Part shown: one piece after another, positions 36,598 through 45,438 of the stretch
Numbering within the stretch: the first letter of the stretch is position 1
How the letters are laid out: each line of letters starts with the position of its first letter
Source: Acidimicrobiia bacterium
Lineage (GTDB): Bacteria > Actinomycetota > Acidimicrobiia > UBA2766
DNA length: 59,990 nucleotides
Assembly: GCA_019695375.1 (NCBI GenBank)
Contig: JAIBAC010000003.1
Location: 1-59,990, forward strand
Reading direction: 5' to 3'
Made by a program: the position numbers and the translations under genes
The notes under the pieces: generated by a model
Seen by the model: the letters and a program-made list of their open reading frames with translations, nothing else
Databases searched by the model: none
Told to the model about the DNA's origin: nothing

Positions 36598-37068
36598 TCA
36601 GCCGGCGCGGTCGAGCGGCTTGCGCGGGGAAACGTAGCCGCCGGTGGGCGATTGGAAGGCGACGTTGAGGCGGTTCCAGCCGTTGATCGCCGCGATCGCG
36701 ATCGTGAGTGCGACGAGCTCGTCGGCCTCGTAGTGGCCGGCGACCTCCTCGTAGGCGTCGTCGGGTGCTCCGTTCGCCGGGAGGTTCGTGAGCGCCTCGC
36801 ACCACCTCAGCGCGGCCCGCTCGGATGCCGTGAAGCACTCGGCCTCGCGCCACACCGCGACGAGGTCGAGGCGTTCCTGGTCCTCGCCGAGAGCGCGTGC
36901 GTCCTTGGTGTGCATCTCGACACAGCGTGCACAGCCGTTGATCTGTGACGCCCGCAGCTTGACGAGCTCGACCGTGAACGGGTCGAGGGAGCTGTCGTGG
37001 ACGACCCGCTCGAGGCCGAGCATGGCCGAGAGTGCCTCCGGGAGAACGGCGCTGTAGTCGACACGCAT
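36598..37068 (-). CDS. Carboxymuconolactone decarboxylase/AhpD-like protein
   Basis: ELVKLRASQINGCARCVEMH, INGWNR. Confidence 0.9.
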   Translation of the reverse strand: MRVDYSAVLPEALSAMLGLERVVHDSSLDPFTVELVKLRASQINGCARCVEMHTKDARALGEDQERLDLVAVWREAECFTASERAALRWCEALTNLPANGAPDDAYEEVAGHYEADELVALTIAIAAINGWNRLNVAFQSPTGGYVSPRKPLDRAG

Positions 37069-37216
37069 GGCAACCCTCCTGGGGCACACGCCTTGTGTAC
37101 GCGTATCCGTGGTTCCTTCGCTTCCTTTTCGAAGTTATGCCGCCGGCGGCTGGATCTGCCGGTCGCCGACAAGGCACGCTACGTTGCGGACGGTCGACGA
37201 CAAGGAAGACACCGAC

Positions 37217-37942
37217 ATGCCCGACTGGAGAGACCTGGCCGCACAGCTCGAGGAGGCGCTCGGCCTCGACGTCGCTCCCGTCGCGATCACCTTCGGGCAG
37301 GCGGCGCCCGAGGGTGTGCGCCTCTTCGACGCACCGATGCCCGCGCCGAACGACGACGGCATGACCGGCCGCGTCCCCGCCGGCTGCGTCTTCTGGATGC
37401 TCGCGGCGGAGCGCACGTTCACGACCGTCCCCGCCGACCACGGCAACTGCAGCGTCGGCCAGTACACCCACGGGATGATCGACTGGGAGGCGCTGACCAG
37501 CAGCGGCGACGTGGCCACTCTGTTGGAGTGCGGATGGGTGACCGTGGAGGCCGCGCAGCAGCTACCGCACGTCGAGGATGCACCCGCGTACGTGACTTAC
37601 GGACCGCTCGCCGAAACACCCGTCGATCCCGACGTCGTCTTCTTGCGCATCGACGCCAGCCAGTTGATGGTCGTCAACGACGCCTTCCCCGACATGCGTC
37701 TCGAGGGCAAGCCGCAGTGCCACATCATCGCCATCGCACAGCAGGGCGAGGTGGCGACGAGCCTCGGCTGCGCTGTCAGCCGTGTCCGCACCGGCATGCC
37801 CGCGTCTCAGATGACGTGCGCCATCCCGGCTTCGCGGTTGGCCGAGGCGGTGCAACGCATCGCTGCGGTCGCATCCGGCGACGACGTGGTGATGCGCTAC
37901 GCCGCCGACGACGCCGAACGCTTCGGCGCCCTGAGCCTCTGA
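37217..37942 (+). CDS. DUF169-like Cys-rich protein
   Basis: APVAITF, GCVFW, HGNCSVG, CHII, SLGC..SR. Confidence 0.7.
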   Translation: MPDWRDLAAQLEEALGLDVAPVAITFGQAAPEGVRLFDAPMPAPNDDGMTGRVPAGCVFWMLAAERTFTTVPADHGNCSVGQYTHGMIDWEALTSSGDVATLLECGWVTVEAAQQLPHVEDAPAYVTYGPLAETPVDPDVVFLRIDASQLMVVNDAFPDMRLEGKPQCHIIAIAQQGEVATSLGCAVSRVRTGMPASQMTCAIPASRLAEAVQRIAAVASGDDVVMRYAADDAERFGALSL

Positions 37943-37966
37943 CCCCAGAGTCCGTGCGCGGGCCGG

Positions 37967-38611
37967 TCAGCGGCGCCAGAGGATCAGGTGCGTGACACCG
38001 CTCGCGCTCGGGACCGATTCGAGGTGGAAGCGGTCCGTGAGCTCGTCGGGACCTTCCCAGAGGCGCTCCCCGCGCTCGAGGTCGAGCGGCGCGACGACGA
38101 CGTGCATGGCGTCGACGAGGTCGGCGTCGAGGAACTCGCGCACGGTCGCGACACCGCCACCGAGGCGCACGTCGCGGCCGTCCGCGGCCGCCTTCGCCGC
38201 ATCGAGCGCCTCCGCGGGGGACGCGTCGAGGAACTGGAACGTCGTGTCCGCCAGCGCGAAGGACGGACGCGGATAGTGGGTGAGCACGAACACCGGCGTG
38301 CGGAACGGCGGCTCGTCGCCCCACCATCCCTTCCACTCGTGATCCGCCCACGGACCGCGCTGGGGACCGAACTTGTTGCGGCCCATGATCTCGGCGCCGA
38401 TGTTGTTGCGGAAGTCGCGCGTGAAGTAGTCGTCGAGTCCGCGGCTGCCACCGGGATCGGTCCGGTTCGGCCAGCTCGCCGTGGCACCGGCCCACGACAT
38501 CATCGCGCCCGGGTCGGCATGACCGAACGGGCGATCCAGGCTCTGGCCCTCACCGGCCCCGAAGCCGTCTCGTGACACGCAGAAGTTCTGCACACGCAGC
38601 AGCTGCGGCAT
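37967..38611 (-). CDS. Dihydrofolate reductase/RibD C-terminal family protein
   Basis: CVSRDGF, IMGRNKFGP, PVFVLTH, DVRLGGG. Confidence 0.88.
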   Translation of the reverse strand: MPQLLRVQNFCVSRDGFGAGEGQSLDRPFGHADPGAMMSWAGATASWPNRTDPGGSRGLDDYFTRDFRNNIGAEIMGRNKFGPQRGPWADHEWKGWWGDEPPFRTPVFVLTHYPRPSFALADTTFQFLDASPAEALDAAKAAADGRDVRLGGGVATVREFLDADLVDAMHVVVAPLDLERGERLWEGPDELTDRFHLESVPSASGVTHLILWRR

Positions 38612-38644
38612 TCCGCCTCCCCGATCGAGATTCCACAGTATGTG

Positions 38645-38658
38645 TATCAGATATGATA
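38645..38658. promoter_or_regulatory. AT-rich palindrome, putative autoregulatory operator
   Basis: TATCA-GATA-TGATA flanked by ACAGTATG direct repeats (38635, 38659) just before ATG 38664. Confidence 0.5.
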
Positions 38659-38663
38659 ACAGT

Positions 38664-39356
38664 ATGCCCCAGAGGCCGAGCCCGACGCTGCGCCGTGTCC
38701 TGCAGTCCGCTGCGCGCCTGCAAGAGGTCGTCCCCGACGCGGTGCTCGTCGGAGGGTCCGCCGCTGCACTGCACGCCGGCCACCGCGACTCCTTCGACCA
38801 CGACCACGTCATCGCCGACCTCACCGACCGTTACGCGGCGGTGCTCGACGCGGTCGAGGCGACCGACGGGTGGGCGACGTCGGTGCGGGCCTCGAAACCG
38901 CCGTTCACGATCATGGGCTCCCTCGGCGGTGTCGAGGCAGGCCTGCGCCAGATGCGCCGCACGCGCCCGCTCGAGACGTGCACGGTCGACGTCGGGAACG
39001 GCCGCAGCGTCGTCGCGCCCACCGCGCCCGAAGCTCTGCGGGTCAAGGCCTACCTCGTCGTGCAGCGCAACGTCGTGCGCGACTACCTCGACGTCGTGGC
39101 GCTCGCAGACCACCTCGGCGCCGACGAAGCGGTGACCGTGCTGTCCGGGATCGACGCCTACTACGCGGATCGCTCCGGCGAGGAGGGGTCGGTGCTGACG
39201 GCGCTCGTGATCGCGCTGGCGGAACCCGCGCCCCGCGACACCGACGTGATCGACGAACTGCCCCGCTACAAGGGCTTGGACCCGCGCTGGCATCGCTGGG
39301 ACGACGTCGTGGCAGCGTGCCGCGAGCTCGCCCTCCGACTCGGTGGCGCAACCTGA
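38664..39356 (+). CDS. AbiEii/MenT-like nucleotidyltransferase (putative toxin)
   Basis: LVGGSAAAL, RDSFDHDH, KAYL..QRN..RDYLD. Confidence 0.72.
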   Translation: MPQRPSPTLRRVLQSAARLQEVVPDAVLVGGSAAALHAGHRDSFDHDHVIADLTDRYAAVLDAVEATDGWATSVRASKPPFTIMGSLGGVEAGLRQMRRTRPLETCTVDVGNGRSVVAPTAPEALRVKAYLVVQRNVVRDYLDVVALADHLGADEAVTVLSGIDAYYADRSGEEGSVLTALVIALAEPAPRDTDVIDELPRYKGLDPRWHRWDDVVAACRELALRLGGAT

Positions 39357-39829
39357 TGCCGGTGCAGTTCCGCAACGTCGACGCGTCACCCGGCGACGAC
39401 GTGACGACGTGGCCCTTCGAGGCACTCGTCACCGTGATCGACCGCGGCCTCGTGGCGGACTGGCAGCCGGTGTTCGCGGAGATCCGCGCCTCTCCGTGGG
39501 GCCAGGTCGCACGTCGCGTCGAGCGCTACCTCTCCTACCGCGAGCCCGATGGCGTGAGCACGCTGTTCCGCCTCGCGATCGAACGTGCGCGAGCGGCAGC
39601 AGACGTCGCCGACCGCGCCGAGGTCGCCGCGCGCGTGCGTGACGCCCTCGAACGCTCCGGACTCACCAGGGCGGCCTTCGCGGCGCTCGTCGGCACCAGC
39701 GCGTCGCGCCTGAGCACCTACCTGAACGCCAAGGTGACCCCGTCCGCCGCGATGCTCGTGCGCATCGAGCGGACGGCTTCGTCAGCGCAGTCCCGGGAGG
39801 AGCTCAGGCGTGAGGGTCACGACCGATGA
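39356..39829 (+). CDS. C-terminal XRE HTH protein (putative antitoxin)
   Basis: LTRAAFAALVGTSASRLSTYLNAKVTPSA; TGATG coupling to upstream gene. Confidence 0.78.
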   Translation: MPVQFRNVDASPGDDVTTWPFEALVTVIDRGLVADWQPVFAEIRASPWGQVARRVERYLSYREPDGVSTLFRLAIERARAAADVADRAEVAARVRDALERSGLTRAAFAALVGTSASRLSTYLNAKVTPSAAMLVRIERTASSAQSREELRREGHDR

Positions 39830-40370
39830 AGGCGAGCAGCCTGGTCTGGGCGTCGGCGTCGACGGGGACCTCGACCTTGGGCCCGTACTGCCCGCTCGCA
39901 CGCAGCACGTCGTCGAGGGGCAGCATGCCCTCGAGGTAGGCCGCGCAGCGGTCGGGGTCGAGCACCACCTCCTGGCCAGTGGCGCGGGCAAGGTCCCAGG
40001 TGTGCATGAACACGTCGCTGGTGAAGAACTGCGAGACCGCCGCGGGCACCGGCACCTCACCGATGTGGGGGTTCGACAGCACCTTGTCGGCCGACGACGG
40101 GTCGTCGAGGAGCGCCTGCACGCCGTCACTCATCGTGTGCCAGGCGGCGACGGGGTCGTCGTCGACGCTCGGCCCTTGCGGGAGGGTGATGCCGGCGCCG
40201 TCTTCGAGGAAGCTCGGAAACCACTCGACCACGTGACGGACGACATCGCGCGCGCTCCACTCCGGCACGGGCGAGCGCCGCTCCCAGACCGCGGGGTCGG
40301 AGACCCCGTCGACGAGCTCGCCGAAACGGGCCGCGGTCACTCGGTACTCCTGCGCCGGGGACAGGGTCAC
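39810..40370 (-). CDS. TIGR03086/MDMPI-N family metal-binding protein
   Basis: PVPEWSARDVVRH, DVFMHTWDLARATG. Confidence 0.85.
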
Positions 40371-40858
40371 GACACAGCTCCGCCGGCGAGGAGTGCGTCG
40401 AGCTTGGCGTAGCCGTCGTTGACGCCGACCTCCATCCCCGACGACAGCCATGCGTCGCGGGACTCGAAGCTGTCCACGAGCGACTGCGCGTGCAGGCGCG
40501 TGTAGCCGTCGCCGAGGTCCTCGAAGCGCAGCGTCTCGAGCGACACGTCGTCGGGCATTGCCTCCCACGTGAACGTCTGAACGATGCGGTCGTCGGTGAT
40601 CTGGTGGAAGCATCCGCGGAAGGCGTACTCCTCGTCGCCGCGGCCGGCGACGTAGCGCCACGCCCCACCGTCGCGGGCGTCCCACTCGACTATGCGGGTG
40701 TCCATCCCGTCGGGGCCGACCCAGCGCGCGAACAGCTCGGGATCGACGTGGGCACGGAGTAGCTGGGCGGGAGTGGCGGCGAAGTCGCGGGTGATGCGGA
40801 TGATCGGCAGCGCCGGGTCGGCTTCGATCTCGGCCTCTGCGATACGTGTGATGGTCAT
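40367..40858 (-). CDS. SRPBCC/Aha1 domain protein
   Basis: RDFAATP, DARDGGAWRY, SGMEVG..DGYAKLD. Confidence 0.88.
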   Translation of the reverse strand: MTITRIAEAEIEADPALPIIRITRDFAATPAQLLRAHVDPELFARWVGPDGMDTRIVEWDARDGGAWRYVAGRGDEEYAFRGCFHQITDDRIVQTFTWEAMPDDVSLETLRFEDLGDGYTRLHAQSLVDSFESRDAWLSSGMEVGVNDGYAKLDALLAGGAVS

Positions 40859-41214
40859 GATGCTCGGTCCCTCCTCGGGCGGCTCTTCGTCTCGGTCCGG
40901 TCCATGTCTGCGAGCACCCGGTCGAGGCGCTGGTAGCGCTCCTCGGCCTGGCGGCGGTAGCGCTCGATCCATTTGGTCATGAGGTCGAACACCTCGGCCT
41001 CGAGGTGAACGGGTTTGCGGTACTCCTCTCCCTTGCGTGACACCAGCCCGGCGTCCTCGAGGACGCGCAGGTGCTTGGAAACGGCCTGCTTGGACACGTC
41101 GAAGGGTGCCGCGATCTCCATGACCGTGGCGTCGCCGGCAGCGAGGCGGGCCACGATCTCGCGTCGTGTGGGATCCGCGAGCGCAGCGAAGACCCTCGAC
41201 AAGGCGTCCGTCAT
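40855..41214 (-). CDS. ArsR family regulator
   Basis: FAALADPTRREI, SKQAVSKHLRVLEDAGLV. Confidence 0.92.
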   Translation of the reverse strand: MTDALSRVFAALADPTRREIVARLAAGDATVMEIAAPFDVSKQAVSKHLRVLEDAGLVSRKGEEYRKPVHLEAEVFDLMTKWIERYRRQAEERYQRLDRVLADMDRTETKSRPRRDRAS

Positions 41215-41224
41215 TTCACCTCCA

Positions 41225-41290
41225 ACTGTGTCAACTGTTTGGTTGACACAGTAGCCCGACTGGACGGATATGTCAATCGTCTGGTTGACA
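41225..41290. promoter_or_regulatory. Two TGTCAA-N8-TTGACA operator palindromes
   Basis: ACTGTGTCAAC-N6-GTTGACACAGT (41225-41252) and TGTCAA-N8-TTGACA (41271-41290). Confidence 0.75.
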
Positions 41291-41299
41291 AGGCGCTCA

Positions 41300-41328
41300 T
41301 TGACATATAGATAGGTATCCTATATATC
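41300..41328 (+). promoter_or_regulatory. Probable leaderless promoter with overlapping palindrome
   Basis: TTGACA 41300, TATATC 41323 (17-nt spacer), ATAGG-TAT-CCTAT 41311-41323, ATG 41335. Confidence 0.6.
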
Positions 41329-41334
41329 TGCCCT

Positions 41335-41799
41335 ATGGCCGAGCCCGAGATGATGACCCTCGACGTGTCCGATTGGGCGAGCGGCGACGCCCTCGACCTC
41401 GCCGACCTGCGCGGACGCGTTGTCGTGATCGAGACGTTCCAGATGCTCTGCCCCGGCTGCATCAGTCACGGCCTCCCCCAGGCGCGGCGCGTCCACCGCG
41501 CCTTCGCGCGTGACCAGGTCGTGGTGCTCGGCCTGCACACCGTCTTCGAGCACCACGACGTGATGGGGCCCGACGCCCTGAGGGTCTTCCTCCACGAGTA
41601 CGCGATCGAGTTCCCGGTCGCGATCGACCGCCACGTCGACGGCGACGCGATCCCGGCCACGATGGCGCGCTACGGGCTGCGCGGCACACCGTCGACGCTG
41701 CTCGTCGACCGCGGCGGGCGCCTCCGCCACAGCTTCTTCGGCGCTCAGGACGACCTCGTCCTCGGCGCGCACATCGGCAAGCTCCTCACCGAGTCGTGA
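41335..41799 (+). CDS. Redoxin/thioredoxin-fold protein
   Basis: FQMLCPGC, LGLHTVFEHH, GTPS. Confidence 0.85.
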   Translation: MAEPEMMTLDVSDWASGDALDLADLRGRVVVIETFQMLCPGCISHGLPQARRVHRAFARDQVVVLGLHTVFEHHDVMGPDALRVFLHEYAIEFPVAIDRHVDGDAIPATMARYGLRGTPSTLLVDRGGRLRHSFFGAQDDLVLGAHIGKLLTES

Positions 41800-42392
41800 G
41801 CGAGGCTGCAGGCGGCGACCGCCCCGCGGCACTTGCGGCCAGGGTGGGCGCCGCGCTCGAGCGCCTCGGCCGTGCCCGCCGCATCCACCGCCAGGGCGTC
41901 GCGACAGCTCATGGACTGACACCGTTGCAGCTCGACCTGCTCGCGACGCTCGCCGACGGGCCCCCACCCCTCCCCTACGTCGGCGAGCTAGCCGCGGAGC
42001 TCGGGGTGGCCCAGCCGACCGTCACCGACTCGCTCAACGCACTGGTGCGCAAGGGCCTTGTTCGGCGCCGTCGCGACGACGCCGACGCGCGCCGCTCTCT
42101 GCTCACATTGACCCGCGGCGGCGACCGTGTGGTCGCCGAGATCCGCCGCGTCGATGCCGACGTCGCGTGTGCCGTCGAGGCCCTACCCGCGCCGGTGCAA
42201 GCTGCCACGCTCGAGGCGCTCCTCACGGTCCTCGCCGGCCTCGTCGATGCCGGCACCGTCACCGTCGCGCGGACCTGCTTCACGTGCCGCCACCATCGCC
42301 AGCGTGGCGCCGCACATCGCTGCGCACTCCTCGACTGCGCGCTCCCGTCGAGCGAGCTCCGCGTCAACTGCCCCGAGCACGAGCCCGTCTGA
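41796..42392 (+). CDS. MarR family regulator with Cys-rich C-terminus
   Basis: LAAELGVAQPTVTDSL, DARRS; tail CFTC..C..C..NCPEH. Confidence 0.85.
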   Translation: MSEAAGGDRPAALAARVGAALERLGRARRIHRQGVATAHGLTPLQLDLLATLADGPPPLPYVGELAAELGVAQPTVTDSLNALVRKGLVRRRRDDADARRSLLTLTRGGDRVVAEIRRVDADVACAVEALPAPVQAATLEALLTVLAGLVDAGTVTVARTCFTCRHHRQRGAAHRCALLDCALPSSELRVNCPEHEPV

Positions 42393-42477
42393 GCGGGGAT
42401 CGCTGTGCACACGTGCATGACAGCACCGGACGTGCGAGACTGCGCGGGTCCCAGGTGCCGCTACCGAGGAGACTGCC

Positions 42478-43080
42478 GTGTTCGCGCAGGTCATAACCGC
42501 CCAGGTGACCGACGAGGAGGGCCTCCGCCGCCAGGTGCAGCGCTGGCATGACGAGATCCGCCCGGGCGCCTCCGGATACCTGGGGACCACGGGCGGGATC
42601 ACCGACGACGGCAAGCTCGTGGTGATGATCCGCTTCGCCACCGAGGACGACGGGCGCCGCAACAGCGACCGGCCCGAGCAGGGCGCGTGGTGGGCCGAGA
42701 CCGAGAAGTGCCTCGCCGGCGTCGCGTTCGCCAACGCCGCCGACGTGATCACCGGCGGCGACGGCGGCTCCGACGACGCCGGCTTCGTCCAGGTCATGCG
42801 GGGTCGCATAACCGACGCCGCCGCCTACGACAAGGTTCTGGCGCAGATGGACGACTTCGCCGAGACCATGAAGGAGTTCCGTCCCGACGTCCTCGGCATG
42901 GTCACGGTCCGCATCGACGACGGCACCTACTTCGACTTCGCCTACTTCAGCTCCGAGGCGGAGGCGCGCGCCGGCGAGTCCAAGGAGATGCCCGCGGACG
43001 TGCAGGCGCAGATGGAACAGGCGATGGCTGCCTCCACCCTCGACGAGTACCTCGACCTGAAGGACCCCTGGCTGTTCTGA
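42478..43080 (+). CDS. Hypothetical protein with internal two-fold repeat (ABM-like)
   Basis: Halves MFAQVI...RFATEDDGR and FVQVM...YFSSEAEAR. Confidence 0.7.
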   Translation: MFAQVITAQVTDEEGLRRQVQRWHDEIRPGASGYLGTTGGITDDGKLVVMIRFATEDDGRRNSDRPEQGAWWAETEKCLAGVAFANAADVITGGDGGSDDAGFVQVMRGRITDAAAYDKVLAQMDDFAETMKEFRPDVLGMVTVRIDDGTYFDFAYFSSEAEARAGESKEMPADVQAQMEQAMAASTLDEYLDLKDPWLF

Positions 43081-43090
43081 CGCCGCAGGC

Positions 43091-43191
43091 TTGGATAACG
43101 ATCCGGCCAGCTGGGGGGTTGGATAACCAGGACGCGCAAAAGCGCGCCTCTCGTCATCCAACGTCACTCAGGTGGCCGGTCTGTTATCCAA
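43091..43191. repeat. Nested-palindrome REP-like element, family A, copy 1
   Basis: TTGGATAAC at 43091 and 43119; GTYATCCAA ending 43161 and 43191; central CGCGC-AAAA-GCGCG. Confidence 0.88.
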
Positions 43192-43206
43192 CGCAGGGCG
43201 GGTGGT

Positions 43207-45381
43207 TCAGAGGTCGACGTCGACACTGACCGCGTCTGGGTCGGATGCGTGGCGGGCGACCGTGAAACGGTGCCGGCCGGCCGCGGGTGTCCAGGCACGC
43301 CGCTGCGGGTCGCGCGTGGCGAGGCGGTCGAGCGGCACGACGACTTCGAAGCGGACCTCTTCGTGCGCGGGGACCTCCACGCGGGCGAACCCGACCAGGC
43401 GCGGCGGCGCGTCGGGATCGGGAAGGGCGGCGTAGACCTGCACGACGTCGGCGCCGTCACGGTCGCCGGTGTTGCGCACAACACCTCGCGCTACGACCGC
43501 ACCGCCCGCAGCCGTGACCTCCACTCCGGCGAGCGCGAACGTCGTGTACGAGAGGCCGAACCCGAACGGGAACGCCGCCGCCGTGGCGTTGCGGGCGAGG
43601 TGCCACCACCCGTGCCAGCGGTCGTAGCGGAACGAGGTGGCGTCGCGGTCGAAGGGCGGCAGGTCGGCCTCGTCCGCGGGGACGCTGAACGGCAGCCGCG
43701 CCGACGGGTTGACAGCACCGGCGAGCACGTCGGCGAGTCCCGGCCCGGCCTCGGCACCGCCGTACCACGCCTGCACGACGGCGGGAACGGCGTCCACCCA
43801 CTCCGACGCGACCACGGCGCTGCCCGCCTGCAGGACCACGACGGTGCGCGGGTTGGCGGCGGCGACGGCGCGCACGAGCGCCACATCTTCATCTGGGAGG
43901 CGCAGGGATCCGCGGTCGCCGCCGACCGCGAAGCCGGCAGGCCGTTCGGCGACCCGGGGCGGCTTCACCGTCTCCGGCAACGACGCCAACCAGGCGCCGA
44001 AGCGCTCGGCTTCGGCGGGATCGTCCTCGCCGGGGAAGAGGCTCGACAGCGCCGGGTCGGGTGTCCCGATGAACTCGCCCTCGTCGAGGAACGTGTAGCC
44101 GGCGACGACGACGGCGACGTCGGCCCCCGCGGCGACGGCGGCGGCACGCTCGGGGTCGCTGCCGTCGTCGTATGAGACGTGCGCCCACCGCGCCTCGATC
44201 CCGTCGAGGACCGTGGCGCAGTCGAGGTCCCACACGTCGCTGGAGCCGGCGTCGCCGAGGTTGACGCTGCCAGCGAGGCGACCAACCACCGCGACCGACG
44301 CACCATCGTCGATAGGCAGGACCGGCACGCCATCTACGGCCTCGTTGCGAAGGAGCACGACCGAGCGTGCGGCGACCTCGCGTGCGAGCTCTCGATGCTG
44401 CGGCGCGCCGAGCACCCCGGCACCGGCAGCCGGGGCCGACAGGACGTCGTCGAAGCGCAGCAGCGTCGCGACCATGCGCGTTGCGCTGCGGTCGACATCG
44501 TCCCAGGACACGTCGCCGCGCTCCAGCGCCGCAGGCAGATGGCGAGCGCGCACCATGCGGTAGGGCATCTCGACGTCGAGGCCGGCACGCAGCGACTGCG
44601 CGGCGTCACGCAGGCCGAAGATCCAGTCGCTGATCACGAGCCCGCCGAAGCCCCACTCGTCGCGCAGGACCCCGGTGAGGAGGTCGCCGTTCTGGCCGCA
44701 CCAGTCGCCGTTGACGCTGTTGTACGCGGACATGACCGCGGCGACACCCTCGTCCACGATCCGCTTGAACTGCGGTAGGTAGACCTCGTGCAGGGCGACG
44801 TCGTCGACCTCGACGTCGACCGTGAAGCGGGCGTTCTCCATCGAGTTGCACGCGAAGTGCTTCACACACGCCATCACGTGGCGCTGCAGGCCGCGGGTGA
44901 AGGCGGCGCCGAGCTCGCCGACGTGGTGGGGGTCCTCGCCGTAGGTCTCCTGCGCGCGGCCCCACGCCGGGTGACGCAGGACGTTGACGCAGACCGCCCC
45001 TGTCAGGTTGGCGCCGGCGGCGCGCAGCTCGGCGCCGATCGCGTCGCCGACACGCTCCTCGAGCGCGGGATCCCACGTGGCGCCGCGGGCCATCGCGACC
45101 GGGAAGCACGTCGCGTTGCCGACCACGGCGCCGCGGGGCCCGTCGCTGAAGCGGATCCCGCCGACGCCGACGCGCTCGATCTCACCCGCGACGAAGGGCG
45201 CCTTGTGGTAGCCGTCCTCGGCGAGGAACGCGATCCCCGCCCACGTCGGCGCGTCGCCGTCGAGGCACCAGAGCCGCTCCTCCGGTGTGAGCTGCGCGAC
45301 GAGCGCACGTGCCGCCGCGTCGACCGGTGTCCCCGCCGCGACCGCTGCGCGGGCGTCGTCGAAGCTGCCGATGTCGCTCAT
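43207..45381 (-). CDS. Glycoside hydrolase family 3 beta-glucosidase
   Basis: SDGPRG, WGRAQETYGEDP, CVKHFA, VISDW; real start MSDIGS. Confidence 0.92.
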   Translation of the reverse strand: MSDIGSFDDARAAVAAGTPVDAAARALVAQLTPEERLWCLDGDAPTWAGIAFLAEDGYHKAPFVAGEIERVGVGGIRFSDGPRGAVVGNATCFPVAMARGATWDPALEERVGDAIGAELRAAGANLTGAVCVNVLRHPAWGRAQETYGEDPHHVGELGAAFTRGLQRHVMACVKHFACNSMENARFTVDVEVDDVALHEVYLPQFKRIVDEGVAAVMSAYNSVNGDWCGQNGDLLTGVLRDEWGFGGLVISDWIFGLRDAAQSLRAGLDVEMPYRMVRARHLPAALERGDVSWDDVDRSATRMVATLLRFDDVLSAPAAGAGVLGAPQHRELAREVAARSVVLLRNEAVDGVPVLPIDDGASVAVVGRLAGSVNLGDAGSSDVWDLDCATVLDGIEARWAHVSYDDGSDPERAAAVAAGADVAVVVAGYTFLDEGEFIGTPDPALSSLFPGEDDPAEAERFGAWLASLPETVKPPRVAERPAGFAVGGDRGSLRLPDEDVALVRAVAAANPRTVVVLQAGSAVVASEWVDAVPAVVQAWYGGAEAGPGLADVLAGAVNPSARLPFSVPADEADLPPFDRDATSFRYDRWHGWWHLARNATAAAFPFGFGLSYTTFALAGVEVTAAGGAVVARGVVRNTGDRDGADVVQVYAALPDPDAPPRLVGFARVEVPAHEEVRFEVVVPLDRLATRDPQRRAWTPAAGRHRFTVARHASDPDAVSVDVDL

Positions 45382-45438
45382 GGATCGGTCCCGTGCCTCT
45401 GGTTTGGGGTCCTGTCCCCGCCCGGACAGACTTAGGGT

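Noticed and set aside
37069-37216. Riboswitch/ncRNA in the CMD-DUF169 intergenic region
   Set aside because: Only short GC hairpins, with no recognisable aptamer consensus; would need an Infernal/Rfam scan.
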